64,000 nucleotides of DNA from positions 1 to 64,000 of the forward strand of contig JANPLN010000030.1 in the NCBI GenBank assembly GCA_031426555.1. Direction: 5' to 3'. The position numbers were made by a program, and so were the translations under genes. Numbering within the stretch: position 1 is the first letter of the stretch; the number at the start of each line of letters is the position of its first letter. The DNA comes from Bdellovibrionales bacterium (lineage in GTDB: Bacteria; Bdellovibrionota; Bdellovibrionia; Bdellovibrionales; JAGQZY01). This document shows, piece by piece, positions 1 to 9,061 of the stretch. Below the pieces are notes generated by a model. It saw only the letters and a list, made by a program, of their open reading frames with translations, made no database searches and was not told the origin of the DNA.

Positions 1-70
1 GCCCACGCTTCCCCCAACCAAAAGAGCGACCGCATACAATAAAACACAACAACATCAAAACCACTCGCAT
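1..70 (-). CDS. 5' end of a secreted S1/P1 nuclease-like protein, truncated by the window edge
   Basis: Not in the ORF track. ATG at 70, 4 nt after the iscS stop, with AAGGA upstream. Translates MRVVLMLLCFIVCGRSFG-WGKRG and the next codon starts with C, fitting a signal peptide plus the WGxxGH mature N-terminus of S1/P1 nucleases. Confidence 0.65.
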   Translation of the reverse strand, partial: MRVVLMLLCFIVCGRSFGWGKRG

Positions 71-74
71 GGTC

Positions 75-1214
75 TTATCCTTTTTTAAGGGTTTTAAATA
101 ATGATTCACAAAAATGATCAACTTCAATTTCGGTGGAGTAAAGCCCCAGACCAATTCGCAAGGTGTTGGCCGCAATTTTTTGGTCCACTCCGATGGCTTT
201 AAGAACATGGCTTGGATCCTGCGGTCCGGAGTTGCACGCAGAGCCCGAACTGTAAGAGATGTTTTCAAAATCGGCTTCGAGATCCTTGAGAGAATGTTTC
301 TTCAAAGTGATACTGAGATTGTTGGGAAGCCGATTCTGTTGTGGGCCGTTAATCTGTAAGAGCTCTTGCAGCGGTAGCAGTTTTTCGCGCAGGCGATTTT
401 GCAAATGCTGGAGGCGCAGAGCCTCCGCTGGTCCATTCGCAGAAAACCATTCACAGGCGCGTCCCAGGCCGACAATGCCCGGTACATTGTGCGTTCCTGC
501 ACGAAGGTTCATTTCCTGGCCACCGCCCGAAAATAGAGATTCAAAATTAGTGGTGTTGCGAATGTAAAGCGCGCCAACACCTTTTGGACCGTAAACCTTA
601 TGGCCCGAGATGGATAAAAAATCCACCGACAGTTGATCGATGGGAACCGGTGTTTTGCCAACGCTTTGCGCGGCATCGACGTGCACAGCAAAAGAGTGCT
701 TGCGAGCGAGCTCGGAAATTTCGGAAAGATTTTGGATGGTGCCGATCTCGTTATTGCCGTGAATCACCGAAAACAAAGTGGGTTCGCCAGGTTTTAAAAG
801 TTTGACGAGCTGATCCAGGCGCACAAACCCGTTGCTGTCACAGTCCACATAGGAAATCCGCGCGCCTAATTTTTGCGAGAGGCTGCAAGCGCCGTAGGTG
901 GCTTTGTGTTCGATGTTGGAGGTGATGATATGGCAGGTTTTATCTTGTGCCATAGTCCAGCCAGCCAGCGCGGTGTGAATGCTTTCCGTGGCGCCGCTCG
1001 TAAAAACTAAACTGTCAGCGGGCACACCCAACAGACGCGCCACAGAGTTGCGAGCTTTTTCCACAGACAGTTTTGCGCGCTGACCGTAGGAATGCAGGCT
1101 AGATGCATTACCATAGTTTTTTTGCCAGAAGGGCAGCATGGCCTGTTCCACCTCTGGCAAAACCGGCGTCGTCGCATGATAGTCAAAATAAATAGGACCT
1201 AAATTTGAGGGCAT
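75..1214 (-). CDS. iscS: Cysteine desulfurase (IscS/NifS group I)
   Basis: IYFDYHATTP, FTSGATES, HVDAAQ, SGHKVYGPKG (PLP lysine) and SSGSAC motifs. Confidence 0.93.
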   Translation of the reverse strand: MPSNLGPIYFDYHATTPVLPEVEQAMLPFWQKNYGNASSLHSYGQRAKLSVEKARNSVARLLGVPADSLVFTSGATESIHTALAGWTMAQDKTCHIITSNIEHKATYGACSLSQKLGARISYVDCDSNGFVRLDQLVKLLKPGEPTLFSVIHGNNEIGTIQNLSEISELARKHSFAVHVDAAQSVGKTPVPIDQLSVDFLSISGHKVYGPKGVGALYIRNTTNFESLFSGGGQEMNLRAGTHNVPGIVGLGRACEWFSANGPAEALRLQHLQNRLREKLLPLQELLQINGPQQNRLPNNLSITLKKHSLKDLEADFENISYSSGSACNSGPQDPSHVLKAIGVDQKIAANTLRIGLGLYSTEIEVDHFCESLFKTLKKG

Positions 1215-1245
1215 TCTTCGCTCGCATTACTTTTCGGTTTTAGCA

Positions 1246-2433
1246 TTAATTAGGCAGTCGCCCCAGCTTTGCTAAATCCCGAGTGATATTTTTTTGATGC
1301 GCCTCCAGAGTACCGCCCCCGATTTCTAAAAGCTTTGCATCTCTCCATAAACGTTCCACAACATATTCGCCAACATAACCGTAACCACCTAAAACCTGGA
1401 TGGCGCGATCGGCGATATTTTTTGCAGCCGTGGTGGCAAAAAGTTTAACTCCATCCGAGTCCAAGCGATCGCCAGAGCCCGAAATTTTTAAAGTGCGAGC
1501 TGTATTGTAAACATAAGCCCGCGCCGCTTGATATTCCGCATAACTCTCAGAGATATGGCGCTGAATTTGTCCAAATTGATTTAAGCTTTTTCCAAAAGCC
1601 TGACGATCGTGAGCATATTTACTCATGATTTCCACACTTCGACGGGCAATTCCCAAGCTCATAGCAGCGAGTGTGACACGTTCGATCTCTAAGTTGTGCA
1701 TCATGTGCTGCGACGACGCTCCCTCGGAGCCGACGAGACGGTCCGCAGGAATGGTGCAGTTTTCAAAAACCAGCTCTGCCGTGTTAGAGGCGCGCATGCC
1801 GAGTTTGTCTTTAATTTTTTGCCCAACGGCAAAACCTTTATCTGATCTTTCTACGATAAACGTGGAGATCATGGGTTTGTTTTTAGCGTCCATTCCAGTT
1901 TTCGCATAAACCCAAACCATGTCACAGGCAGTGCCGTCGTTGTCAATGCAGCCGTTAGTGATCCACATTTTTTGGCCATTGATAATATAATTGGAACCTT
2001 GTTTTTTAGCGGTCGTCTCCATGCCAAGAACATCAGTCCCATAGTTGGGCTCCGACATGGCCATGGCGCCCACCATCTCGCCCGTGCAGAGGGCAGGTAG
2101 GTACTTCTTTTTTTGCTCTTCGCTGCCATTCACTGCCAAATTGTTTACGCACAACATGGAATGGGCCAGATAAGCTAAACAAAAACCGGGATCTGAATAA
2201 GAAAGTTCTTCGTGGGCAATCACTGCAGAAACAGCGTCCATTTCGGACCCACCGTAATCGCTGGGAACGGAGATCCCTAAAAGACCGAGCTCACCCAACT
2301 GGCGAAACAGGGGAAGGTTGAATTTCTCGTCGCGGTCAAATTGATGGGCTTGCGGTTCCACTTGGTCAGCGACAAACGCGCGGACAGTTTCACGCAACAG
2401 ACGGTGCTCTTCGGAGGGGTTGAATAAATCCAT
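1246..2433 (-). CDS. ivd: Isovaleryl-CoA dehydrogenase (acyl-CoA dehydrogenase family)
   Basis: GAMAMSEPNYGTD, NGQKMWITNG, KLGMRASNTAEL, GGYGY, RDAKLLEIGGGT. Confidence 0.85.
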   Translation of the reverse strand: MDLFNPSEEHRLLRETVRAFVADQVEPQAHQFDRDEKFNLPLFRQLGELGLLGISVPSDYGGSEMDAVSAVIAHEELSYSDPGFCLAYLAHSMLCVNNLAVNGSEEQKKKYLPALCTGEMVGAMAMSEPNYGTDVLGMETTAKKQGSNYIINGQKMWITNGCIDNDGTACDMVWVYAKTGMDAKNKPMISTFIVERSDKGFAVGQKIKDKLGMRASNTAELVFENCTIPADRLVGSEGASSQHMMHNLEIERVTLAAMSLGIARRSVEIMSKYAHDRQAFGKSLNQFGQIQRHISESYAEYQAARAYVYNTARTLKISGSGDRLDSDGVKLFATTAAKNIADRAIQVLGGYGYVGEYVVERLWRDAKLLEIGGGTLEAHQKNITRDLAKLGRLPN

Positions 2434-2451
2434 GCAGAGAAATTAGCCTGG

Positions 2452-2471
2452 TCCTTGAAAAAATTCAAGGA
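2452..2471. promoter_or_regulatory. Perfect palindrome about 20 bp upstream of ivd, candidate operator
   Basis: TCCTTGAA-AAAA-TTCAAGGA; further hairpins at 2513-2536 and 2538-2569. Confidence 0.35.
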
Positions 2472-2589
2472 GCTGGAAGGGGTAATGGGTTCCCAAATCA
2501 AAAATAAGTGGTTTTAAGATCTTCACAGATCTTAAAGTCCAAGAAGCTCAGATTTACGAGCCTCTTGGAGGTAAATTCAGCAACTAATT

Positions 2590-3141
2590 TTATAAACTGG
2601 CGTTGCAAGAATCTAAACTCGAACCCGAACCCACAGATGAGCCAGATTTTGAATCGTACAGATACCATTCATTCCCTGCCTTCATGCAGACAAAGCTATT
2701 TTTTGCGGCGCTGACGGACGCATTGCAATCTTTAAGATAAGAACCAGAACCAACAGAGGAGCCGGTTTTTGAATTATAAAGGTACCAGTCATTTCCTGAC
2801 TTCATGCAGACCAAGCCATTTTTTGCAGCGTCTACAGCCGCATTGCAATCGTCCAAGTACGAACCCGAGCCCACAGATGAGCCAGATTTTGAATCATACA
2901 GATACCAGTCATTTCCCGACTTCATGCAGACGAAATTGCTAGTTTGTCCGAGATCTCCTGAGATCTCTAAAACCTTTTGCAGCAAATTTGCATAATCTGT
3001 TTGGTCTTTATCTGATTGAGCAATGCTTTCATAAAGCTGATCGATTGCGTTTAAAACATCCCCCTTCGTTGTTTGTGCCTCGGCAAAGCCCAAATGAATC
3101 AGGCAAAGAAATGCAAAAAACGACTTGTAGAGATTGTTCAT
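2590..3141 (-). CDS. Secreted protein with three tandem ~40-aa Cys/Trp repeats
   Basis: Signal peptide MNNLYK...GFAEA, AAGGGG RBS. Repeat consensus xVCMKSGNDWYLYDSKSGSSVGSGSYLxxCNA, 120-nt period in the DNA. Confidence 0.8.
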   Translation of the reverse strand: MNNLYKSFFAFLCLIHLGFAEAQTTKGDVLNAIDQLYESIAQSDKDQTDYANLLQKVLEISGDLGQTSNFVCMKSGNDWYLYDSKSGSSVGSGSYLDDCNAAVDAAKNGLVCMKSGNDWYLYNSKTGSSVGSGSYLKDCNASVSAAKNSFVCMKAGNEWYLYDSKSGSSVGSGSSLDSCNASL

Positions 3142-3189
3142 TTTAATACCCCTTCGGTTCATTGTCCGTCGTAAAAATACGAAAAGAAT

Positions 3190-3520
3190 CTACTGAAAAC
3201 AATTATTAACGATAACATTTAATTCAGCGTCGCAATTACTCAGAGCATCTCGAGCGCAGTATTTGTAAGACGTGTAAACCAATCCGGCCGCACAAATACC
3301 TGGCCCTTCGTCGGTAGCTTTCTCTTCAACAGTGAGCGCAGGAAGATAAGTTATTTGAACTGAATACTCAGAAACTCCGTCGTTTTCGCTGCTTTTTTCC
3401 ATTTGCACAGAACTGATTTCTGCACCACTGATTCGATGCAGTTGGGTGATCTCTGGTCTTTTAAGCAAAGATGCCACTTCCTCTAAAACTATTCCTGCGA
3501 AAGCATTTTGTGAAATGAGC
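3190..3520 (-). pseudogene. Probable 5'-truncated secreted Cys-containing protein
   Basis: The ORF track starts at GTG 3477, but the frame continues upstream as LISQNAFA-GIVLEEVASLL (signal-peptide-like end) up to the trmH stop. No ATG/GTG/TTG occurs before the in-frame stop at 3598-3600. Confidence 0.45.
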
Positions 3521-4168
3521 TCAGCGCTCTTCGAAGTAGCGTTCCCAGTGGTCCACCGTTTGAGTGAGGTAGTAGGCGATAAGGCGGGGATCGGTGTTTA
3601 TGGGGGGGGCGAGGCGTTTTTGCAGGTCGTAGAAGCAGATTGCGGCGGCCACGGAGATATTGAAGCTTTGCACGAAGCCGCGCATGGGGATGAAGACGGT
3701 TTTATCGGCCAGGGAGATCAATTCTTGAGTGGCGCCATCTTTTTCGTTACCGAAGCACAGGGCTATGGGCTCATCGAGGGGGACGTCTTGCAGGGGGAGA
3801 GCGTGGGGATCCAGGTGGGTCACGTAGATCTTGCGGCCTTCTTTTTTGAGCTGCTCCACACACTTCAACGTTGAGTCCCATTTTTTAATCTGTAACCACT
3901 TGTGGGCGCCCTGGGTAACTCGTTTTGATTCTTTAAACTTTTCCTGCCGCTCAATCATATGCATTTGATACAGGCCAAAGGCCTCTGCCGAGCGCATCAC
4001 CGCGCTGGCGTTTCCACGGTCGTAGATGTCTTCTAAGACGATGGAAACTTGCGGCAGTCGCAGGCTTGCCACTCTTTTAATTTTTGCATAACGCTCGGGC
4101 GTTACTTGAGCGCCAAGACGATCGATAATTTTCTGTGGCCCGAGAGTGTCGAAAAGGTCAGTCTTCAT
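3521..4168 (-). CDS. trmH: TrmH/SpoU family tRNA 2'-O-methyltransferase
   Basis: VLEDIYDRGNASAVMRSAEAFG, FGNEKDG, IPMRGFVQSFNISVAAAI. Confidence 0.88.
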   Translation of the reverse strand: MKTDLFDTLGPQKIIDRLGAQVTPERYAKIKRVASLRLPQVSIVLEDIYDRGNASAVMRSAEAFGLYQMHMIERQEKFKESKRVTQGAHKWLQIKKWDSTLKCVEQLKKEGRKIYVTHLDPHALPLQDVPLDEPIALCFGNEKDGATQELISLADKTVFIPMRGFVQSFNISVAAAICFYDLQKRLAPPINTDPRLIAYYLTQTVDHWERYFEER

Positions 4169-4180
4169 TCAGCGGGTCAT

Positions 4181-5056
4181 TCAAAAGTAAACGGGTGGAA
4201 GCGGCGTTAGTAAATTTTTGTATTCCTTCTGCATAAACGAAGGCAATTGGAAGGATCCCCAATGAATATTTTCATTGTAATACTGGAAGTCCAAATTTTC
4301 TTTTTGCACGCGCTCAATTTTTAAATCTTTCAGGGGGCAAAGAGTTTTTGAGGCAAAACTAAACGCCCAGTAGCCGCCGGGATAACTGAGGTTTGTATAA
4401 GTGTACAAATGCACGCGGGGGAAAAGCTCTTTTAAAATCCCCAGCAAAATTTTCTGCATGGCTTTGTGATAGTACGGCGATTCACACTGTGAAACCACGA
4501 TGCCGTTGTCGCTGAGGCGGGCGTAGATGTCTTTGTAAAAATCGATGTTAAATAACGGCGTTGCTGGTCCGATGGGATCCGAGGAGTCCACGATAATCAC
4601 ATCGAAAGTTTCTTTTGAGGTTTTCATAAAATCCACGCCATCGGCAATTAAGATTTCAAGCTTTGGGTTGTCAAACTGGCAGGAGGTTTGAGGGAGCCAC
4701 GCGCGGCTGGCATCGATAACCACAGGATCAATTTCCACCATTACGCACTTTTTAACGCTCTTGTAGCGTAAAACTTCGCGGGCTGTGCCGCCATCACCAC
4801 CGCCGATTATTAATACTTTTTCGGGGTTCGGGTGAGTCATCATCGGCACGTGTGTGATCATATCGTGATAGATAAACTCATCTTTTTCGGTCACCATAAT
4901 CAGGCCATCGTGGGCCAGCAAAAGACCATGGGTGACGGTGTTGTAAATGTCGACTTGTTGAAAGGGGCTTTTTTTCGAAAACAGATGTTCGGTGGTGCGA
5001 AACTTCATTCCCAAATTTTGTTCGGCGTCTAACTCTTCAAACCAAGTGTTGCTCAT
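4181..5056 (-). CDS. speE: Spermidine synthase
   Basis: DEFIYHDM, VLIIGGGDGG, VEID, DVIIVDSSDP; 4-nt overlap with speD. Confidence 0.95.
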   Translation of the reverse strand: MSNTWFEELDAEQNLGMKFRTTEHLFSKKSPFQQVDIYNTVTHGLLLAHDGLIMVTEKDEFIYHDMITHVPMMTHPNPEKVLIIGGGDGGTAREVLRYKSVKKCVMVEIDPVVIDASRAWLPQTSCQFDNPKLEILIADGVDFMKTSKETFDVIIVDSSDPIGPATPLFNIDFYKDIYARLSDNGIVVSQCESPYYHKAMQKILLGILKELFPRVHLYTYTNLSYPGGYWAFSFASKTLCPLKDLKIERVQKENLDFQYYNENIHWGSFQLPSFMQKEYKNLLTPLPPVYF

Positions 5057-6003
5057 ACGTCCATCTCCTGAAGTAAAAACGCGGGTTGGGTTTCTTTTTG
5101 CGGCTTGTAGTAGTTGTAATACTGCGTGCAGTAGCCGGAGTTGAGGTTTTGCTGGTAGCGGTTCTTGAGGACGTAATTTCCAAAGGTCATTTCGCTGACA
5201 GCCTGGTTGTTGAATAAAACTAAATCAAACGAGGCCGGTTGAAAAAATTCCACCACGCGACTGGCGAGTTCAAACTGTTCTTCGGGTTTGCAAGCATCGG
5301 TTTCGAAGCTTGTGTAGTTACCTATCTTTTCGGGCGTTACATGAATGGTGTAGTAGTAAGGACCATCGATGGCGTTTAAAGAATAGCCACAGGGATCAAA
5401 GATATGATCGTCGATTTGCCCTTTGACCAGGGATTGCACCTGCGCCAGTTGTTTTGCATTGTCGCGCGCCAAGGGAACATTTTCTCGGCGAAACATTTCG
5501 ATGCGCTGTGGAAGCACTCCATGCATAAGGATTTCCATGGTGTGGTCGTCCTTGGCTGGTAAGTAATTTTGATCCGTGGAAAACAGCAAAAGATGATGCT
5601 CGTCTTCTTGGCCAAAACGCAGAGCTTGGCCTTTAAACCATTTGTTGAGTTTGCGCAGATCCTCGAAAAAATCGGTGGGTTGATACTGCGGAAAAACTTC
5701 GTTTTTTCGTTCGTAAAAAAAAGCTTCGATGTGTTGTGGTTTAATGACGGACAAAATCTTTTTTGCCGCCTGGATCAAACGCGTGCGTCCACAGGTGATC
5801 ATCACCAAGTAGCGGTCGTAAACAAACAAACTGGATTCGGAAAGCAGGTAAGCATCCATATGCTCGTTGCTCACTTGTGACAAGATTTTTGCGCCCGAGG
5901 CCCAAACCACATCTTCCCAAAACGGTTTACCAAGGGCCCGCAAATTGGGAGCCGACGGTTTAAAAATAATCTCAATTTTCTTCTCGGACCCTTCAAAGAA
6001 CAA
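5053..6003 (-). CDS. speD: S-adenosylmethionine decarboxylase, eukaryote-type (class 2) proenzyme
   Basis: FFEGSEKK, AYLLSESSLFV (E/S self-cleavage site), ITCG, FDPCGYSLN, YYTIHVTPE, YTSFET. Start placed at TTG 6003, behind GAGGAG. Confidence 0.9.
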   Translation of the reverse strand: MFFEGSEKKIEIIFKPSAPNLRALGKPFWEDVVWASGAKILSQVSNEHMDAYLLSESSLFVYDRYLVMITCGRTRLIQAAKKILSVIKPQHIEAFFYERKNEVFPQYQPTDFFEDLRKLNKWFKGQALRFGQEDEHHLLLFSTDQNYLPAKDDHTMEILMHGVLPQRIEMFRRENVPLARDNAKQLAQVQSLVKGQIDDHIFDPCGYSLNAIDGPYYYTIHVTPEKIGNYTSFETDACKPEEQFELASRVVEFFQPASFDLVLFNNQAVSEMTFGNYVLKNRYQQNLNSGYCTQYYNYYKPQKETQPAFLLQEMDV

Positions 6004-6116
6004 GCCATCTCCTCGAAATGTAATTGCAGCAAAGCTACAGAAAATAGCCAATAAGGGGGGTGAAATCAACAAATAATCATTGCAAAATACACTCAGATCT
6101 TGCTGTATAGGGCTCT

Positions 6117-7532
6117 ATGACATTGCCAAAAGCAAATACCACCGAGATCTCTCAGCGCCGCAAAAAAGTTGTGGTGATTGGAGCGGGGCCCGCAGGCCTG
6201 GCGGCGGCTTACAAATTAAGAGCTTCTGGCGTCGATGTAGAGCTGTACGAGGCGCAAAAGCAGGTGGGTGGGCTCTGTCGAAGTTTTGAAATCTGGGGAC
6301 ATATCGTTGATTTAGGTCCACATCGTTTTTTTTCAGCAAGCGATGAAGTGAACCGATTTTGGTTTCAAGCAGTGGGTGAAGAATTTTCCTGGGTCCCACG
6401 ACAAACTCGCATTTTCTATCAAAAGAAATATTTTCAATATCCACTTCAGGCTTGGGACACTTTCACTCAGCTTGGCTTTGTAGAGTCGCTACGCAGTTTA
6501 GCTAGTTATTTGTGGGCAAAAATTAGTATTAGGCAAAACGACGAAACGTTCGAAAATTGGGTCGTTGCTCGCTTCGGTCGCAGGCTTTACGGAATTTTTT
6601 TTAAAACTTACAGCGAGAAGCTTTGGGGTTTGCCCTGTTCTGAGATTGATCCAGATTTTGCCTTTCGCAAAATTCGCGGTTTGAGTTTGCTGCAAGTGTT
6701 GAAACGTTTTTTTAATAAAAAATCCACCTTTGTGGATCAATTCGCCTACCCAAAAAACGGAACTGGTGCGGTTTACGAAACACTCGCCGAACGCTTTATT
6801 AAAATGGGTGGAATATTAAACTTAAACTCACCGGTGCAAAGAATGGATTTGTTGCAAGCGGATGCCATCGTTTCGACCATGCCTCTGCCGCTGCTTTTAC
6901 GGATGCTACCAGAGGTACCAGATTCAATTCTCGCGGCCGCTGAACGCCTCGCCTTTAGAAACACCGTTTTAGTTTACGTGTGGGTGGAGAAAAAAAATCT
7001 TTTTCCCGACAATTGGATTTACGTCCATTCTCCAGATATTCAGTTTGGTCGGGTGACAAATTTTAATAACTGGTCCACGAACAAAAACTCTACCGCTGTT
7101 GGCACAGTGCTTTGTTTGGAATACTGGTGCTCGGACCAAGACACAAACTGGCAGTGGTCCGACGAGCAGTGGAGTGCCCTGGCGCGAGAGGAATTACTGG
7201 CGTCGCAGATATCGTCAGATTATGGAAAAATTTTGGATTGTAAAGTGGTCAAAGTTCCGCGGAGCTATCCAGTTTTTAAAAAGGGATTTCAAAAAAATGT
7301 GGAAATCATTCGAAAGTATTTGCAGCAAGCTCACCCAGAAATTTATTCCATCGGTCGCTACGGAGCATTTAAATACAACAACCAAGATCACAGTTTGCTG
7401 ATGGGTTTGCGGGCGGCCGAACACATTCTCAATCAAAATAACGTGAGTTTAGAAAAAATTAATACGAGCCATACCTACGAGGAGGATTTTAACCTCAAAG
7501 ATATCCGCTACGATACTTTCGACGAGGTGTAA
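6117..7532 (+). CDS. FAD-dependent oxidoreductase (amine oxidase/UDP-galactopyranose mutase-like)
   Basis: VVIGAGPAGLAAA dinucleotide-binding motif, DLGPHRFFS, GRYGAFKYNNQDHS. Confidence 0.8.
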   Translation: MTLPKANTTEISQRRKKVVVIGAGPAGLAAAYKLRASGVDVELYEAQKQVGGLCRSFEIWGHIVDLGPHRFFSASDEVNRFWFQAVGEEFSWVPRQTRIFYQKKYFQYPLQAWDTFTQLGFVESLRSLASYLWAKISIRQNDETFENWVVARFGRRLYGIFFKTYSEKLWGLPCSEIDPDFAFRKIRGLSLLQVLKRFFNKKSTFVDQFAYPKNGTGAVYETLAERFIKMGGILNLNSPVQRMDLLQADAIVSTMPLPLLLRMLPEVPDSILAAAERLAFRNTVLVYVWVEKKNLFPDNWIYVHSPDIQFGRVTNFNNWSTNKNSTAVGTVLCLEYWCSDQDTNWQWSDEQWSALAREELLASQISSDYGKILDCKVVKVPRSYPVFKKGFQKNVEIIRKYLQQAHPEIYSIGRYGAFKYNNQDHSLLMGLRAAEHILNQNNVSLEKINTSHTYEEDFNLKDIRYDTFDEV

Positions 7533-7533
7533 T

Positions 7534-8355
7534 ATGAAGTTTTTGATCTTAATACTTGGAGTTGTCATGGCCGCTGACTGGAAACCACTCGAAGAATTTC
7601 GTAAAAATGCCAATGACTCGATTAAAAAAAATTGGTTGGTGGTTGTGGGCCTTGAGTGGCTGCAAGAAGGCAAACCCTATTCCTGGCCCGAGCAAAACCC
7701 AGTACTTATTTTTGAAATGAAAAAAAAGAAAGTCACAGTGCGTGTTTTCGACGATCACGATTTAAAAATCGATGGCAAACCCATCAAGAAAGATAAAACC
7801 TACTCTTTATTGAGCGATAAGTCCGACTTTAAAACCACCATCGAAAAGGGCTCCTTTCAACTTTTTATCATTGATCGCCCCAAAGGCTTAGCTGTGCGAA
7901 TCAAAGATCTACAAAGCGAAGCCTTAAAAACTTTTGCGGGGATCCCTTGGTGGGAACCCAAAGAGGAATATATTGCGAAGGGCACATGGAAGAAATTAAA
8001 ACCTGTGCGAACCATTAAGATTCCCGACATCCAAGGAGAGATCACCGAAGAAAAGATTTCGGGCTTCGTCGAGTTTGAGTTGCAGGGGCAAAAACAAGAG
8101 CTGTATCCAACACAAGACGGCGCAAAACTCTTTTTTGTATTTAAAGACCTCAGCAGTGGAAAAACCAGCTACGGCCCCGGACGCTTTTTAAGTGCCGAGC
8201 TCGGTAAGGACGGCACTGTGGTTATGGATTTTAATCGCGCGACCAATCCTCCATGCGCCTATATCTCTTTCGCAACGTGTCCACTGCCGCCGATTGAGAA
8301 CTATCTTAAAATCTCTATTGAAGCCGGCGCGCAAAAACCTGCAAAAGGGCATTAG
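7534..8355 (+). CDS. DUF1684-family exported protein
   Basis: SYGPGRFL, DFNRATNPPCAY..FATCPLPPIEN; signal peptide. Confidence 0.8.
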   Translation: MKFLILILGVVMAADWKPLEEFRKNANDSIKKNWLVVVGLEWLQEGKPYSWPEQNPVLIFEMKKKKVTVRVFDDHDLKIDGKPIKKDKTYSLLSDKSDFKTTIEKGSFQLFIIDRPKGLAVRIKDLQSEALKTFAGIPWWEPKEEYIAKGTWKKLKPVRTIKIPDIQGEITEEKISGFVEFELQGQKQELYPTQDGAKLFFVFKDLSSGKTSYGPGRFLSAELGKDGTVVMDFNRATNPPCAYISFATCPLPPIENYLKISIEAGAQKPAKGH

Positions 8356-8476
8356 AGTTTTCTTTCATTGCTTAATTTTCATGCAGGCAAGAGTTTTCAA
8401 AAAAGGTTTTCTTGTCTTGATTGACAAATCTCTGTCTCATAAAGCAAACTTTTCTTGCTCTATAAATTAGGGCCTA

Positions 8477-9058
8477 TTGTTCAGGGGGCTTATGGCTTGG
8501 CTTGTTGTTGTTGAATGGTTGTCCCGATGCATCTTTTTACTTCTCGTCGGTCTGTCTGTTTGGTCTGTTTCGATTATGATCGAGAGAAGAAGATTTTTTA
8601 AATCTTTGCTTTTCCCCACCGAAGAATTAAAGAAACAAATAAGAAATAAAAATTTTTCTTTTCAGCAAGAGCATTTCTTAAAAGATATTTTTCAAGAAAT
8701 TTCAATTTTAAAAAGTAAAGAACAGATGGATCGAGCTTTTCAGGCTCTTATGAATGAAAAGAAGCAAAAAATGGAATCTGGGATACCTATATTAGGAACC
8801 CTGGGGTCAACAAGTCCGTTCATAGGTCTCTTGGGAACGGTTTTAGGTATCATTGTGAGTTTTGGGGAGCTTTCTTCAGGGACGGGAAACACCGACACTG
8901 TTATGTTCTCTTTGGCAGAAGCTTTGGTGCTCACTGCTGCAGGTTTGATTGTGGCGATTCCAGCTGTGGTCGCCTTCAATTATTTTGGCAGAAAGATAAA
9001 ATCAATTCTTGTCGACGCCTCGATCATTAAAGATCTTTACATAGCCCATAGGGACTAA
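8477..9058 (+). CDS. exbB: ExbB/TolQ/MotA proton channel (start may be ATG 8492)
   Basis: LGTLGSTSPFIGLLGTVLGI, EALVLTAAGLIVAIPAVVAFNYF. Confidence 0.9.
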   Translation: MFRGLMAWLVVVEWLSRCIFLLLVGLSVWSVSIMIERRRFFKSLLFPTEELKKQIRNKNFSFQQEHFLKDIFQEISILKSKEQMDRAFQALMNEKKQKMESGIPILGTLGSTSPFIGLLGTVLGIIVSFGELSSGTGNTDTVMFSLAEALVLTAAGLIVAIPAVVAFNYFGRKIKSILVDASIIKDLYIAHRD

Positions 9059-9061
9059 ACT

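Noticed and set aside
2590..2940. Diversity-generating retroelement TR/VR pair
   Set aside because: The repeats are in-frame tandem protein repeats, differences are not adenine-specific, and no reverse transcriptase is present
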